From IMG/VR virus record IMGVR_UViG_3300014031_000004, positions 1-35,616 of that record: DNA of 35,616 nucleotides. One strand, given 5' to 3'. Origin of the DNA: a virus. Its lineage: Duplodnaviria; Caudoviricetes. A program made the translations under genes and the position numbers. The notes beneath the pieces are model-generated. The model searched no databases, was not told the DNA's origin, and saw only the letters and a program-made list of their open reading frames with translations. How positions within the stretch are numbered: the stretch's first letter is position 1; every line of letters begins with the position of its first letter. Positions 26,648 to 35,089 of this stretch are shown here, in pieces.

Positions 26648-27915
26648 AGATAGACAAGCCAGCTAACTCAAACTACTGTGCAACTGTAGTTGAGCTGAAA
26701 GCTATCATCCCTCTAGAGAACTGTGAGAATGTAGTTGCAACTCCGATCTTCGGCTTTCAGGCTATAGTGAGCAAAGATGCTAAAGTAGGTGACCGCGGAA
26801 TTGTATTCACTGCTGAGACTCAACTGTCTGATGAGTTCTGCTTCTACAACAACCTATACAGACATGCAGACAAGAACAAAGACGAGGGTCAGAAGGGATA
26901 TATCGAGGACAACAGGAGAGTGAAGGCAATCAAGTTCAGGGGAAACGTGTCTAACTGTCTCTTCCTGTCTCTTGAGTCTCTTAGCTATATAAATGTAGAT
27001 CTTTCCCTCTTAGATGTGGGAGATGAGTTCGACACTCTTTCTGGAAAAGACATCTGCAAGAAATACGTAGTTGAATACAGCGGACGAAAGAGAGAATTCG
27101 TAGCAACTGAGAAGAAGTTCGTTCGAGTAGAAGACAAGCATCTTCCCCAGCACATGGACTCAAGCAACTACTTCAAGTGGTCTGACACCATTGATCCTTC
27201 TTCGACTGTGATAGTGTCTCAGAAGCTTCACGGAACCTCTGTGAGAATCGGACACACTATTGCAAAGAGAAAGATGAAGCTAGTTGAGAGGATTGCTCAG
27301 AAGCTTGGTGCTAGCATCCTCCCACACACGTATGACTACGTCTACGGAAGCAGGAAGGTCATCAAGGATGTGAACAACCCATACCAGAATCACTTCTATG
27401 AGACTGACATCTGGAGTGAGCAGGGAAAGAAGCTCCAGGGACTACTCCCTGAGAACTATCTAGTATACGGAGAACTCATTGGCCACACATCTGACGGAAA
27501 AGAGATCCAGAAGAACTACACTTATGCAATTCCGCAGAGGCAGACTGAGTTGTACATCTACCGGATTGCTATTGTCAACCATCAGGGAAATGTCACTGAC
27601 CTCTCATGGGACCAGGTCATGGAATTCTGCAAGAAGAACGGGCTGAAGCACGTGCCTGAATTATGGAGGGGAAAGAAGAAGGACCTCAAGATTGAGGACT
27701 ACATTGACAAGAGGTTCTTTGAGATGGGATACAGGAATACTCTCTACCTCGGAGTGAATGAAGACATTGTCGACGAGGGAGTCTGCATACGAGTTGATGA
27801 ACTCTCTCCTGTCATCATGAAAGCAAAGTCTCCGAGGTTCTTTGAGCATGAGACTAAGTTACTAGACAAGGGAGAAGTCGATCTAGAGTCTTCCCAATCT
27901 TCAGAAAATGTCTAA
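26644..27915 (+). CDS. RNA ligase (Rnl2/DRB0094-like, N-terminal OB domain)
   Basis: Motifs I KLHGTS, III YGELIG, IV EGVCIR, V KAKS. Confidence 0.85.
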   Translation: MKIDKPANSNYCATVVELKAIIPLENCENVVATPIFGFQAIVSKDAKVGDRGIVFTAETQLSDEFCFYNNLYRHADKNKDEGQKGYIEDNRRVKAIKFRGNVSNCLFLSLESLSYINVDLSLLDVGDEFDTLSGKDICKKYVVEYSGRKREFVATEKKFVRVEDKHLPQHMDSSNYFKWSDTIDPSSTVIVSQKLHGTSVRIGHTIAKRKMKLVERIAQKLGASILPHTYDYVYGSRKVIKDVNNPYQNHFYETDIWSEQGKKLQGLLPENYLVYGELIGHTSDGKEIQKNYTYAIPQRQTELYIYRIAIVNHQGNVTDLSWDQVMEFCKKNGLKHVPELWRGKKKDLKIEDYIDKRFFEMGYRNTLYLGVNEDIVDEGVCIRVDELSPVIMKAKSPRFFEHETKLLDKGEVDLESSQSSENV

Positions 27916-28765
27916 GATGATAATCATGCAGGGTCTTCCTGCATCTGGAAAGACTACTGAAGCTAGGAAGATCATGGAAGCTTCAGGCAACTATGTGAGG
28001 ATAAACAAAGATCTTCTAAGGTCAATGCTTCACTTCAGCAAGTTCACTTTCAAGAATGAAGATGTAACTAGGATTGCTGCCAAGTCACTTGCAAGGTCAT
28101 TCCTCATGACAGGACACTGCATCATCATTGATGATACTAATCTCAATGGAAAGACTTTTCAGACATGGAAGGACTTAGCAATGGAATGCAATGCACCGTT
28201 TGAGGTGAAGAGAGTTGACACGCCGTATGATGAATGCATCAGGAGAGATGCTCTCCGCCCTGACAGTGTGGGAAAGGATGTCATCATGAGAATGGCTATG
28301 CAGAACGACCTCATAGGAGACATCGGACCCGTGGTCCTGTGTGACTTAGATGGGACTCTATGCGACTGTGAGCACCGGAGACACTGGCTTGATGGTGCTA
28401 AGAAGGACTGGAAGGGATTCTTCTCAGAGATGAGCAAGGACCCCGTGAGAGAAGAGGTAAGAGAAATGCTCATGAGTTCTTACTACCTCGGATACAAGAT
28501 CATCTTCGTGTCAGCAAGGCCAGAGGACTACAGGAAAGAGACTGAAGAATGGCTGCTGAAGAACTGGGGTGACAACTACTTTGCTCTTATCATGAGGCCT
28601 TCTGGAGATTCTCGGCCTGACACTATAGTCAAGAAAGAGATGCATGAAAAGTACCTCAAGAAGCTTGACATCCAGTGTGTGTATGATGACAGGCCTTCTA
28701 TCGTCCAGATGTGGAAAGATCTTGGACTCAATGTGACTGATGTCGGAGACGGCAGAGAATTCTAA
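27908..28765 (+). CDS. pseT: Polynucleotide 5'-kinase/3'-phosphatase
   Basis: GLPASGKTT, INKDLLR, IIDDTN kinase; CDLDGTL, SAR, YDDR HAD phosphatase. Confidence 0.92.
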   Translation: MSKMIIMQGLPASGKTTEARKIMEASGNYVRINKDLLRSMLHFSKFTFKNEDVTRIAAKSLARSFLMTGHCIIIDDTNLNGKTFQTWKDLAMECNAPFEVKRVDTPYDECIRRDALRPDSVGKDVIMRMAMQNDLIGDIGPVVLCDLDGTLCDCEHRRHWLDGAKKDWKGFFSEMSKDPVREEVREMLMSSYYLGYKIIFVSARPEDYRKETEEWLLKNWGDNYFALIMRPSGDSRPDTIVKKEMHEKYLKKLDIQCVYDDRPSIVQMWKDLGLNVTDVGDGREF

Positions 28766-28911
28766 TGAAAGACACTAAGCAAGAAAAAAGAGAGAAGACA
28801 AGGAAGAACCGCAGCAAGATGGTCGTTGCTGGAAGGTCATTATTCACAATAGCAAGAATCAAGAATGAAGCCGCTGAAAAAGTCTACAAGGGAAGAAAGA
28901 GAAAAGCTTAA
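28765..28911 (+). CDS. 48-aa highly basic protein (not in ORF track)
   Basis: TAATG overlap with Pnkp stop; MKDTKQEKREKTRKNRSKMVVAGRSLFTIARIKNEAAEKVYKGRKRKA*. Confidence 0.55.
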   Translation: MKDTKQEKREKTRKNRSKMVVAGRSLFTIARIKNEAAEKVYKGRKRKA

Positions 28912-29251
28912 TGCTCACAAGAAGAAGTCAAGCTACTGCCAGAGAAACAATGGAGTGCATGAGTTCTTACTAGCTTTCCCTGATCATCTTGCAATGGTTG
29001 AGATGGACACTGGCTTGAAGTTCAAGACTCCTGAAGACTACTACAGGTACGATGACGAGAAGAGACAGGAGCAGCGAGAGGAGAATGAAAGAAACGGAAC
29101 GAGATATTGGGATGGTTCTGGGCTCCGGTATTACCACTGCAAGCACTGCGGAAAGAAAGAGCTTCAAAGTGACACCTGGACGACCAAAAGTCTTAAGCAA
29201 AATCTACGGTCTAAACAGAGACTGGACGGAGTTCAGGAAGACATTCACTAA
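28865..29251 (+). CDS. Hypothetical Zn-binding protein
   Basis: C-x6-H...CKHC. Confidence 0.55.
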   Translation: MKPLKKSTREEREKLNAHKKKSSYCQRNNGVHEFLLAFPDHLAMVEMDTGLKFKTPEDYYRYDDEKRQEQREENERNGTRYWDGSGLRYYHCKHCGKKELQSDTWTTKSLKQNLRSKQRLDGVQEDIH

Positions 29252-29636
29252 AGAGCAAGAGAAAGCAATCTGGCAGTACTTCATTGACCATTCTACTATC
29301 GAGAGGAATGCATACTGGAAGATAACATTCCACGTGAGGAATGTAGATGACTTCTGGAGGAGAGTATACTCAAGATTCACAGGACACTTTCACCGGTATG
29401 AGATTCTTGAGAAGACTCATCTGCAAGAGAACAAGTACTGGTTTGTTCACAAAGAAGAAGAATTCAGGAGACACCAGACTGCATTGGCAATTGATAAGGG
29501 TCGAGACTACTATAAGAAGCTTCAGCTATACCTTTACAGGAAGCTGAATAAGAAGATATTCAAGCATGAGATACAAAAAGCAAGTGTCGATAGACCTAGA
29601 GATTCAAAAGAAGCACTAAAAGCTAAATATAAATAA
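29052..29636 (+). CDS. Hypothetical basic protein (start uncertain, probably downstream)
   Basis: 3' part fills 29252-29636; 5' part overlaps previous ORF by 200 nt. Confidence 0.5.
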   Translation: MTRRDRSSERRMKETERDIGMVLGSGITTASTAERKSFKVTPGRPKVLSKIYGLNRDWTEFRKTFTKEQEKAIWQYFIDHSTIERNAYWKITFHVRNVDDFWRRVYSRFTGHFHRYEILEKTHLQENKYWFVHKEEEFRRHQTALAIDKGRDYYKKLQLYLYRKLNKKIFKHEIQKASVDRPRDSKEALKAKYK

Positions 29637-29637
29637 C

Positions 29638-29934
29638 ATGACAAAATTATATTACACACCACCTAGAATCGAGATATTCATTGAGGTGAAAGAAGCAGCG
29701 ATGCAGACCTGGAGGGAGATTGATTCAGATAACGACAAATATGGATATGCGACAGAAAAAATAAACCGTATCAAATACATTGCAAATGTTGCTGACAATC
29801 TAATGTTAATGGTCGCTATGTTTGATGATGAAAATCAACTTCTACTCTCACTTAAGTTGAGTGATGAGGCCAAAGCCGCGATTCGAGCAAGGATGGTTGA
29901 TGGTGGCATGCCAGAATATTTAATACACTTTTAA
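29638..29934 (+). CDS. Hypothetical protein (AT-rich)
   Basis: Intact ORF with atypical codon usage. Confidence 0.6.
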   Translation: MTKLYYTPPRIEIFIEVKEAAMQTWREIDSDNDKYGYATEKINRIKYIANVADNLMLMVAMFDDENQLLLSLKLSDEAKAAIRARMVDGGMPEYLIHF

Positions 29935-29940
29935 AAAGAA

Positions 29941-30138
29941 ATGATTGATATAGACACTCCAGAATCAGAGGAGAAAGCACTGAGAATGCTTGGTGAGAAT
30001 GAGAAGACAATTGACATCATCTTGAAGTACAAGACAAAGAACGGATGGCACATAGTAACGTCACCCTTCAATCCCATGCTAGTAAACTGGCCTGACTGCA
30101 CAGTCGTAGTAGATGGTTTACTTTTGCTAGACTATTAG
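29941..30138 (+). pseudogene. Truncated AEP primase-polymerase-like fragment
   Basis: IDID and TKNGWH motifs in only 65 aa; in-frame stop two codons upstream. Confidence 0.45.
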
Positions 30139-30145
30139 GTATAAT
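30117..30145 (+). promoter_or_regulatory. Sigma70-type promoter for replication initiator
   Basis: TTTACT-17 nt-TATAAT. Confidence 0.75.
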
Positions 30146-30155
30146 ATCTAAGCAG

Positions 30156-30365
30156 TTTGGAGGCAGTCTGGACTAGATTCTCTTTCCGTGAGTCTAGACC
30201 GGAGTGTCCCCAAAGGCACTTTAACAGACTCGTGTATCTATATTCTCACAGGAGGTTTATTGCAAGTTTTCTTTCTGTGAGGATTCAGGTACATGAGAAA
30301 TAACCTTTACGTCCTCCGTTCCACCTGCTCACTCGTAAAGGTAGTGGGTGGGACAGAGGGGTCCC
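30156..30365 (+). ncRNA. Structured cis-regulatory leader (three long hairpins)
   Basis: Stems 30156-30214, 30229-30297, 30313-30359, each with several G-U pairs that only work on the + strand. Confidence 0.7.
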
Positions 30366-30376
30366 TACATCAATGA
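30293..30376 (+). CDS. Putative 27-aa leader peptide coupled to initiator
   Basis: MRNNLYVLRSTCSLVKVVGGTEGSLHQ*; TGA overlaps initiator ATG (ATGA). Confidence 0.45.
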   Translation: MRNNLYVLRSTCSLVKVVGGTEGSLHQ

Positions 30377-31122
30377 CGAAGCTCATCAAGGAAAAAGTTC
30401 CTTTCACAATGGTCTGCAATCAGATACTACAAGACAAGTTCATCTCCCCAGAAGAAAAAGGGATGTATGCTTATCTCTATTCAAAGCCCGAAGGGTGGAA
30501 CTTCTCAGCTGACCGGATATGCCTAGAAAACAACATAACCAAGAAGCCAGTACTGCGGATACTTACCCGGCTTGAAGAACTTGGATATCTAGTCAGGTCA
30601 AAGCTATCCACAGGGAGAGTTGAGTACACTCTGAACCAGAAGCCAAAGGGTCAAAACGGCACTCTGGCCACCGAGGCCAAAGGGTCAAAACGGCACCATG
30701 CCGAATTGACCCCTATAAGTAATACTGTATCTACTACTAATAGTAGTATAAGTAATACTAATACAGAGACGAGCGAGTCGTCTGTTGTGATAAGTTCGAA
30801 TAAGAAGGAAAAGGCAGATGCAAACAAAGAGTTTGGCCCGGGAGAACTCCAGAACATACTTGACGGTTGGTGGAAGGAATGCAATGAGAAGGAGAACTGG
30901 ACCTTTGCCCACATCATCAACATTATTGAGGAAAAGAAAATCAAGATTGAAAATGAAGGTCAGTTGCAGAGAGTTATAGGTAGGAACATTGTCTCTGCCC
31001 GGGCATTGAATTCAGATTATTCATATAGCAGAGTTCTTGAAGCAATGGAGAAAGCAAAGAAGCTTACAGACAACTGGACCCTAGAGACAGTCTTGAAGGT
31101 CTTAACCTCTGGACACAAATGA
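30373..31122 (+). CDS. Phage replication initiator (N-terminal wHTH, replisome organiser-like)
   Basis: FTMV.N.IL.D..IS...KG.YAYL.SKP.GW.FS...L..LEELGYL.R; internal iterons. Confidence 0.85.
   Translation: MTKLIKEKVPFTMVCNQILQDKFISPEEKGMYAYLYSKPEGWNFSADRICLENNITKKPVLRILTRLEELGYLVRSKLSTGRVEYTLNQKPKGQNGTLATEAKGSKRHHAELTPISNTVSTTNSSISNTNTETSESSVVISSNKKEKADANKEFGPGELQNILDGWWKECNEKENWTFAHIINIIEEKKIKIENEGQLQRVIGRNIVSARALNSDYSYSRVLEAMEKAKKLTDNWTLETVLKVLTSGHK
30604..30759. repeat. Probable replication origin: iterons + AT-rich tract
   Basis: GCCAAAGGGTCAAAACGGCAC at 30642-30662 and 30676-30696, inverted 13/16 copy at 30699-30714, TATAAGTAATACT at 30714-30726 and 30747-30759, DnaA-box-like CTATCCACA at 30604-30612. 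Confidence 0.8.
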
Positions 31123-31217
31123 ATTTACTTCCATTGTTAGACTACTTAGAGATAGCAGCCTGCAAGTTCATCTTCGGAGTAATCAACTTAGTAAAAATAA
31201 CTCAACTACTATGGTAA
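31119..31217 (+). CDS. 32-aa hydrophobic peptide (not in ORF track)
   Basis: ATGA overlap with initiator stop; MNLLPLLDYLEIAACKFIFGVINLVKITQLLW*. Confidence 0.4.
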   Translation: MNLLPLLDYLEIAACKFIFGVINLVKITQLLW

Positions 31218-31624
31218 GACAGCTGAACGAGAACCTAGAGAAGCAGGATGTGAGCCTAAATGCTCAAGAGCTAGAATGCTTCCTCAATGAGATGAAGCCC
31301 TCTGGATTCAGTGCTATCGGCTGGAGCGAGGAGATGGGATTCTCGAATGGGAAGAGCACAATGTCATTCATACAAGAATCCTTTGATGCAGAGAAGAGAT
31401 GGAGGATAGACTGGAGTCAAGTAGAGATCTGGTGTGCTGAGATGAGAAAGAGGAACCACTACTGGGTGAATGACTCTATAGAGCAGTGGATGAAGATGAA
31501 CTGCACCACTCCGTATGACATAGCATCTAAGCTCTTGAAAGTCTATGACGGAGAGGTAGACAAGCTGAAGCAAGAGAGATACCGTTATGAACAGTCAATG
31601 CTGAACAATCCTGTACTTTCCTAG
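31211..31624 (+). CDS. Hypothetical protein
   Basis: Intact ORF downstream of initiator. Confidence 0.6.
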   Translation: MVRQLNENLEKQDVSLNAQELECFLNEMKPSGFSAIGWSEEMGFSNGKSTMSFIQESFDAEKRWRIDWSQVEIWCAEMRKRNHYWVNDSIEQWMKMNCTTPYDIASKLLKVYDGEVDKLKQERYRYEQSMLNNPVLS

Positions 31625-31887
31625 AGAAAAGGTTACTATTAACTTACTGACATCTCCCTACACTCAGTGAATGAGCCCAGGAGATGCTAGAGGCATCCTG
31701 ATGAGTTGCCTTCCACACTGGCCCATCATCAAGATAACAAATGTACATATACGTCTGTCTGGTTCTGTAAGAAAAGAAATGTCATAGATGAAGGTAACCT
31801 CAACTCTGGTCTAAACTCTCTCCTAACAATAGAATCTAATGATCTAGACGTGGTCAGTAACTTCGCTAGATTCGCTTAAACATCTAC

Positions 31888-32418
31888 ATGTCAGACAGGA
31901 AGCTCATAAACTCTATAAACGGAAAGAAAGGGGGAAGAATCCAAGGGACTAAAGCCTTCAAGACTCTAGTGAAAGAAGAGGTGAAGGAGAAGATGAACCA
32001 GAGGATATTCGGAATCATCCCTTCTCTCCTAAACGCTCAGGCTTCTATAGCTAGAGGGACTCAGTATCTCTACAGGATAGATACTACATATGAGAAGGGA
32101 CCGAGAGGGGGGACTGTGAAGACTAGGTCTAAGCCCAAGCTGGTCACTAATCCAGATGAGATAGCAATGTACATAGATGCCTATGACAGGAGTGAGCTAG
32201 AAGATGTGAACTCAGATACTACTTACTACTTCATCACAGCCAAAGAGCCAGACAATCAAGCTATTGACTCTCTTCTGGACAGGACTCTTGGAAGGCCGAA
32301 GAATGATGACGCAGGGACAGGTGGAAACACTTTCAATAACTTCGGTACTTTTATAAGCACTCCAGTAGAAAGAGAATTAGATGATGATTCTGCTAAGAGA
32401 CTAGGACTACTACAATGA
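31888..32418 (+). CDS. Putative terminase small subunit
   Basis: NGKKGGR..GTK N-terminus and AIDSLLDRTLGRP motif; upstream of TerL. Confidence 0.6.
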   Translation: MSDRKLINSINGKKGGRIQGTKAFKTLVKEEVKEKMNQRIFGIIPSLLNAQASIARGTQYLYRIDTTYEKGPRGGTVKTRSKPKLVTNPDEIAMYIDAYDRSELEDVNSDTTYYFITAKEPDNQAIDSLLDRTLGRPKNDDAGTGGNTFNNFGTFISTPVERELDDDSAKRLGLLQ

Positions 32419-32753
32419 CAGGACATGCTAAAGACTGCAGATGGACAAAGACCTCAGAAGCTGAATGTGAATTCAAAGAGACTCATCACTACTGTCCACA
32501 TGAAGAGCACTCATGCGACTGTTATACTAAGACAGAAACAGTCAGCATACCTGAGCCTGCTATTAGTTCAATTAAGCAGATAGTGACTGGACTGTCAGAT
32601 TTTTTAGAAAAGAAGGTAGTTGACTACATTGATGAAATGGTATCTTCAATGCAGGTTCAGGCTGACATCATGAGCCGTGCAAGAAAAGAAGGAATTGACA
32701 TAAGTAAAATGATGGACAGGATTAAGACTGCTTACAATACTAAGAATGAATGA
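32415..32753 (+). CDS. Hypothetical protein with Cys/His-rich N-terminus
   Basis: ATGA overlap; H..DC...C...HHYCPH..H.CDC. Confidence 0.55.
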   Translation: MTGHAKDCRWTKTSEAECEFKETHHYCPHEEHSCDCYTKTETVSIPEPAISSIKQIVTGLSDFLEKKVVDYIDEMVSSMQVQADIMSRARKEGIDISKMMDRIKTAYNTKNE

Positions 32754-33060
32754 CCTCATAGCACAATACGAGACAGCTTGCCACCACATCGCATCTTACT
32801 TTGTCAAGAAATACTTTGAGACTGACTATGATACAGACAAGAACGTCTGGTGGATAGCTAACGAGATAGGAGGGTGCCTCTGCATCAATGATCACTTCTT
32901 CAGCATAGAGAAGATGCTTGACTACATGAAGAACAAAGCGACTCCTGAGCAGATGTTTGAGCACTACGAGTATGTGATTCAAGAAGGGAACAGGAACCTC
33001 ACATACAAAGCATACAAGAAGCTACTAAAGCCAGATGCGATACCAGGTAACACCAGATAA
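32746..33060 (+). CDS. Hypothetical protein
   Basis: Intact ORF in operon. Confidence 0.6.
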   Translation: MNDLIAQYETACHHIASYFVKKYFETDYDTDKNVWWIANEIGGCLCINDHFFSIEKMLDYMKNKATPEQMFEHYEYVIQEGNRNLTYKAYKKLLKPDAIPGNTR

Positions 33061-34786
33061 AGTATTCGAGGGATGCAGGGAGGACTTTGCACTCTTCATG
33101 ACACAGATCATCGGGCTCAAGAATGAGGAGTTCCATAATGAGTTGGATGATGCTCTCTCGAATCCGATGCACAAGAAGATTGTGATCACCTTCCCCAGAG
33201 GCCACGGCAAGTCTACTCACATCTCTGCTGCTTACCCACTTTGGCGTATTGCAAAGGACCACAACCTGAGAATCCTCCTCATCTCTGCAACTGGAGCAGT
33301 GTCTAAGTCTTTCCTTTCGGAGACTATTGGACACATTGAGAAGAACGTAGACTACCAGAACTTCTCACGCTACGTGGACAAGACACACAAGGGTGTAGTA
33401 CCGAAGATGAAGAACTATGCAAAGCTTAAAGAGAACTGGTCCGGTGATTCTATTGTGATCGATAGAGAGAACTTGAACCTGAAGGACCCAACTATCAATG
33501 CCGTAGGACTCTTCGGTGCTATCCTCTCTAAACGTGCTGACCTGATCATCTGTGATGACATCGTTAACCAGGAGAACAGTGCAACAGAAGACCAGAGAAA
33601 GAAAGTGATTGATTGGATCTACACAACTATACTTCCTGTGTTAATCCCTGGAGGAGTTTTTATATATTTGGGGAACACGTGGCACCAAGACGACCTTGTT
33701 GCACGACTCCTTAAAGATCCACAATTTGATTATAAGAAGAAAAAGAAAGCAATCATCAGTGACTGTACCAATCCAGAGTTATGGGAAGATTGGGGACGGA
33801 TCCGGTTAGATGAAACATTAGAGTTAGCAGAACGACACATTCAGGCTGATGCATTCTATCAAGCGAACAAAGAAAAGATGGACGAAGGAGTTGAAGTGAT
33901 GTGGCCTTCACGTTACACATACAAAGACCTTTACTTGATGCGAATGGCAAACCCATATGCATTTGCACGAATGTACCAGTGCGACCCATCAGACAGGCCA
34001 GACCAGAAGTTCAAAGATGCTTGGCTTGAAAGAGCTGTGAAGAGGGGAGAGAAGCTACGCTTGCAATATGATGCTCGTCAAGACTTGGAGTGTGATGTCA
34101 CTACAGTGGGAATCGACTTGGCAATCAGTGAGAAGGAGACTGCTGATGACACCGTCCTCCTTACTCTTGACAGAGTGAAGTACTCTAAGATAGAGGGGAT
34201 AAAGCCCGGAGACTTAGTACTCAGGAATATAGTAAGAGGGAAGTTCTCACCCAATGAGGTGAAGGAGAAGATAACTGAGAGCTACAACAAAGTAAGCCCA
34301 TCAGGAATAAGAGTAGAGACAGTGGCTTACCAGGAGGCTATCCAGAAAGACCTTGCAGATACTGGAGTCATAGTTGCTGGCCACAAGACAGGAAGCAACA
34401 AGAAAGACCCATTCATAGGAATCAACAGCCTAGCCATCTTCTTTGAGCTTGGCAAGATCATCCTGCCGTATGACAACTCAGACCCCAAGACTATCAACCT
34501 AGTCAGTCAGCTGATGAATGAGATGAGAGCATTCCCTGACGGTCATACCGGAGACAGCCTCATGGCATTCTGGTTTGCATTCTGGGAGTATAGAGAGCTA
34601 TTGGGAGAAAGGCTTGTAGTCCCGTCTACGACTGGACATCCATTGAATGTGAATCCTCCTGACTGGTCAGATCCTGAGGTCATGGAGAAGGGGAATAAAG
34701 AGGCTGACTTGGCATTAGTCAGAGAGCAGGAGGCTGAGAGAGCTGCGTTTGCTGGAATGATGGGAAGTCATTTCAGGAGACGATAG
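33035..34786 (+). CDS. terL: Terminase large subunit
   Basis: Walker A PRGHGKST, Walker B IICDD, GNTWH, nuclease GIDLA and HTGDSLMA. Confidence 0.95.
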   Translation: MRYQVTPDKVFEGCREDFALFMTQIIGLKNEEFHNELDDALSNPMHKKIVITFPRGHGKSTHISAAYPLWRIAKDHNLRILLISATGAVSKSFLSETIGHIEKNVDYQNFSRYVDKTHKGVVPKMKNYAKLKENWSGDSIVIDRENLNLKDPTINAVGLFGAILSKRADLIICDDIVNQENSATEDQRKKVIDWIYTTILPVLIPGGVFIYLGNTWHQDDLVARLLKDPQFDYKKKKKAIISDCTNPELWEDWGRIRLDETLELAERHIQADAFYQANKEKMDEGVEVMWPSRYTYKDLYLMRMANPYAFARMYQCDPSDRPDQKFKDAWLERAVKRGEKLRLQYDARQDLECDVTTVGIDLAISEKETADDTVLLTLDRVKYSKIEGIKPGDLVLRNIVRGKFSPNEVKEKITESYNKVSPSGIRVETVAYQEAIQKDLADTGVIVAGHKTGSNKKDPFIGINSLAIFFELGKIILPYDNSDPKTINLVSQLMNEMRAFPDGHTGDSLMAFWFAFWEYRELLGERLVVPSTTGHPLNVNPPDWSDPEVMEKGNKEADLALVREQEAERAAFAGMMGSHFRRR

Positions 34787-34820
34787 GAAACGTTATGAAC
34801 AGTCCTCCTTTACAGGAGCT

Positions 34821-34861
34821 TTAACATATGTTAATATGTACATATACCAATTAGGTATACT
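34821..34861 (+). promoter_or_regulatory. Palindrome plus possible -10
   Basis: Perfect TTAACATATGTTAA (34821-34834); TATACT at 34856-34861. Confidence 0.35.
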
Positions 34862-34888
34862 TAATAACCAATAAGGCTCAACAATCAT

Positions 34889-35074
34889 ATGACAACATCA
34901 ATAGTAAAAGCAATAGAATTGAAACCCGAGATGGTAGTTATGGTTTACGATTCAAAAAATGTTATCGATCACATAATTACGTTCAAGGATATTTTAGAAG
35001 TATGTTTTGAATCAGGTGAGACTGTATCACTTGGTCATAACGATGATGTAGAGGTTCTTTCAGAGTCAAGATAA
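34889..35074 (+). CDS. Hypothetical protein (SH3/KOW-like, AT-rich)
   Basis: 61 aa, VKA.ELKP..V pattern. Confidence 0.5.
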   Translation: MTTSIVKAIELKPEMVVMVYDSKNVIDHIITFKDILEVCFESGETVSLGHNDDVEVLSESR

Positions 35075-35089
35075 AGAATAAGGACTAAT

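Noticed and set aside
30642-30696. CRISPR mini-array or link to the Cas4-like gene
   Set aside because: Only two 21-bp repeats 13 nt apart inside the initiator, which fits iterons. The Cas4-like nuclease sits with SSB and annealase, and no other cas genes are present.
31698-31730. Hammerhead ribozyme (CTGATGAG)
   Set aside because: No downstream GAAA or compatible stems.
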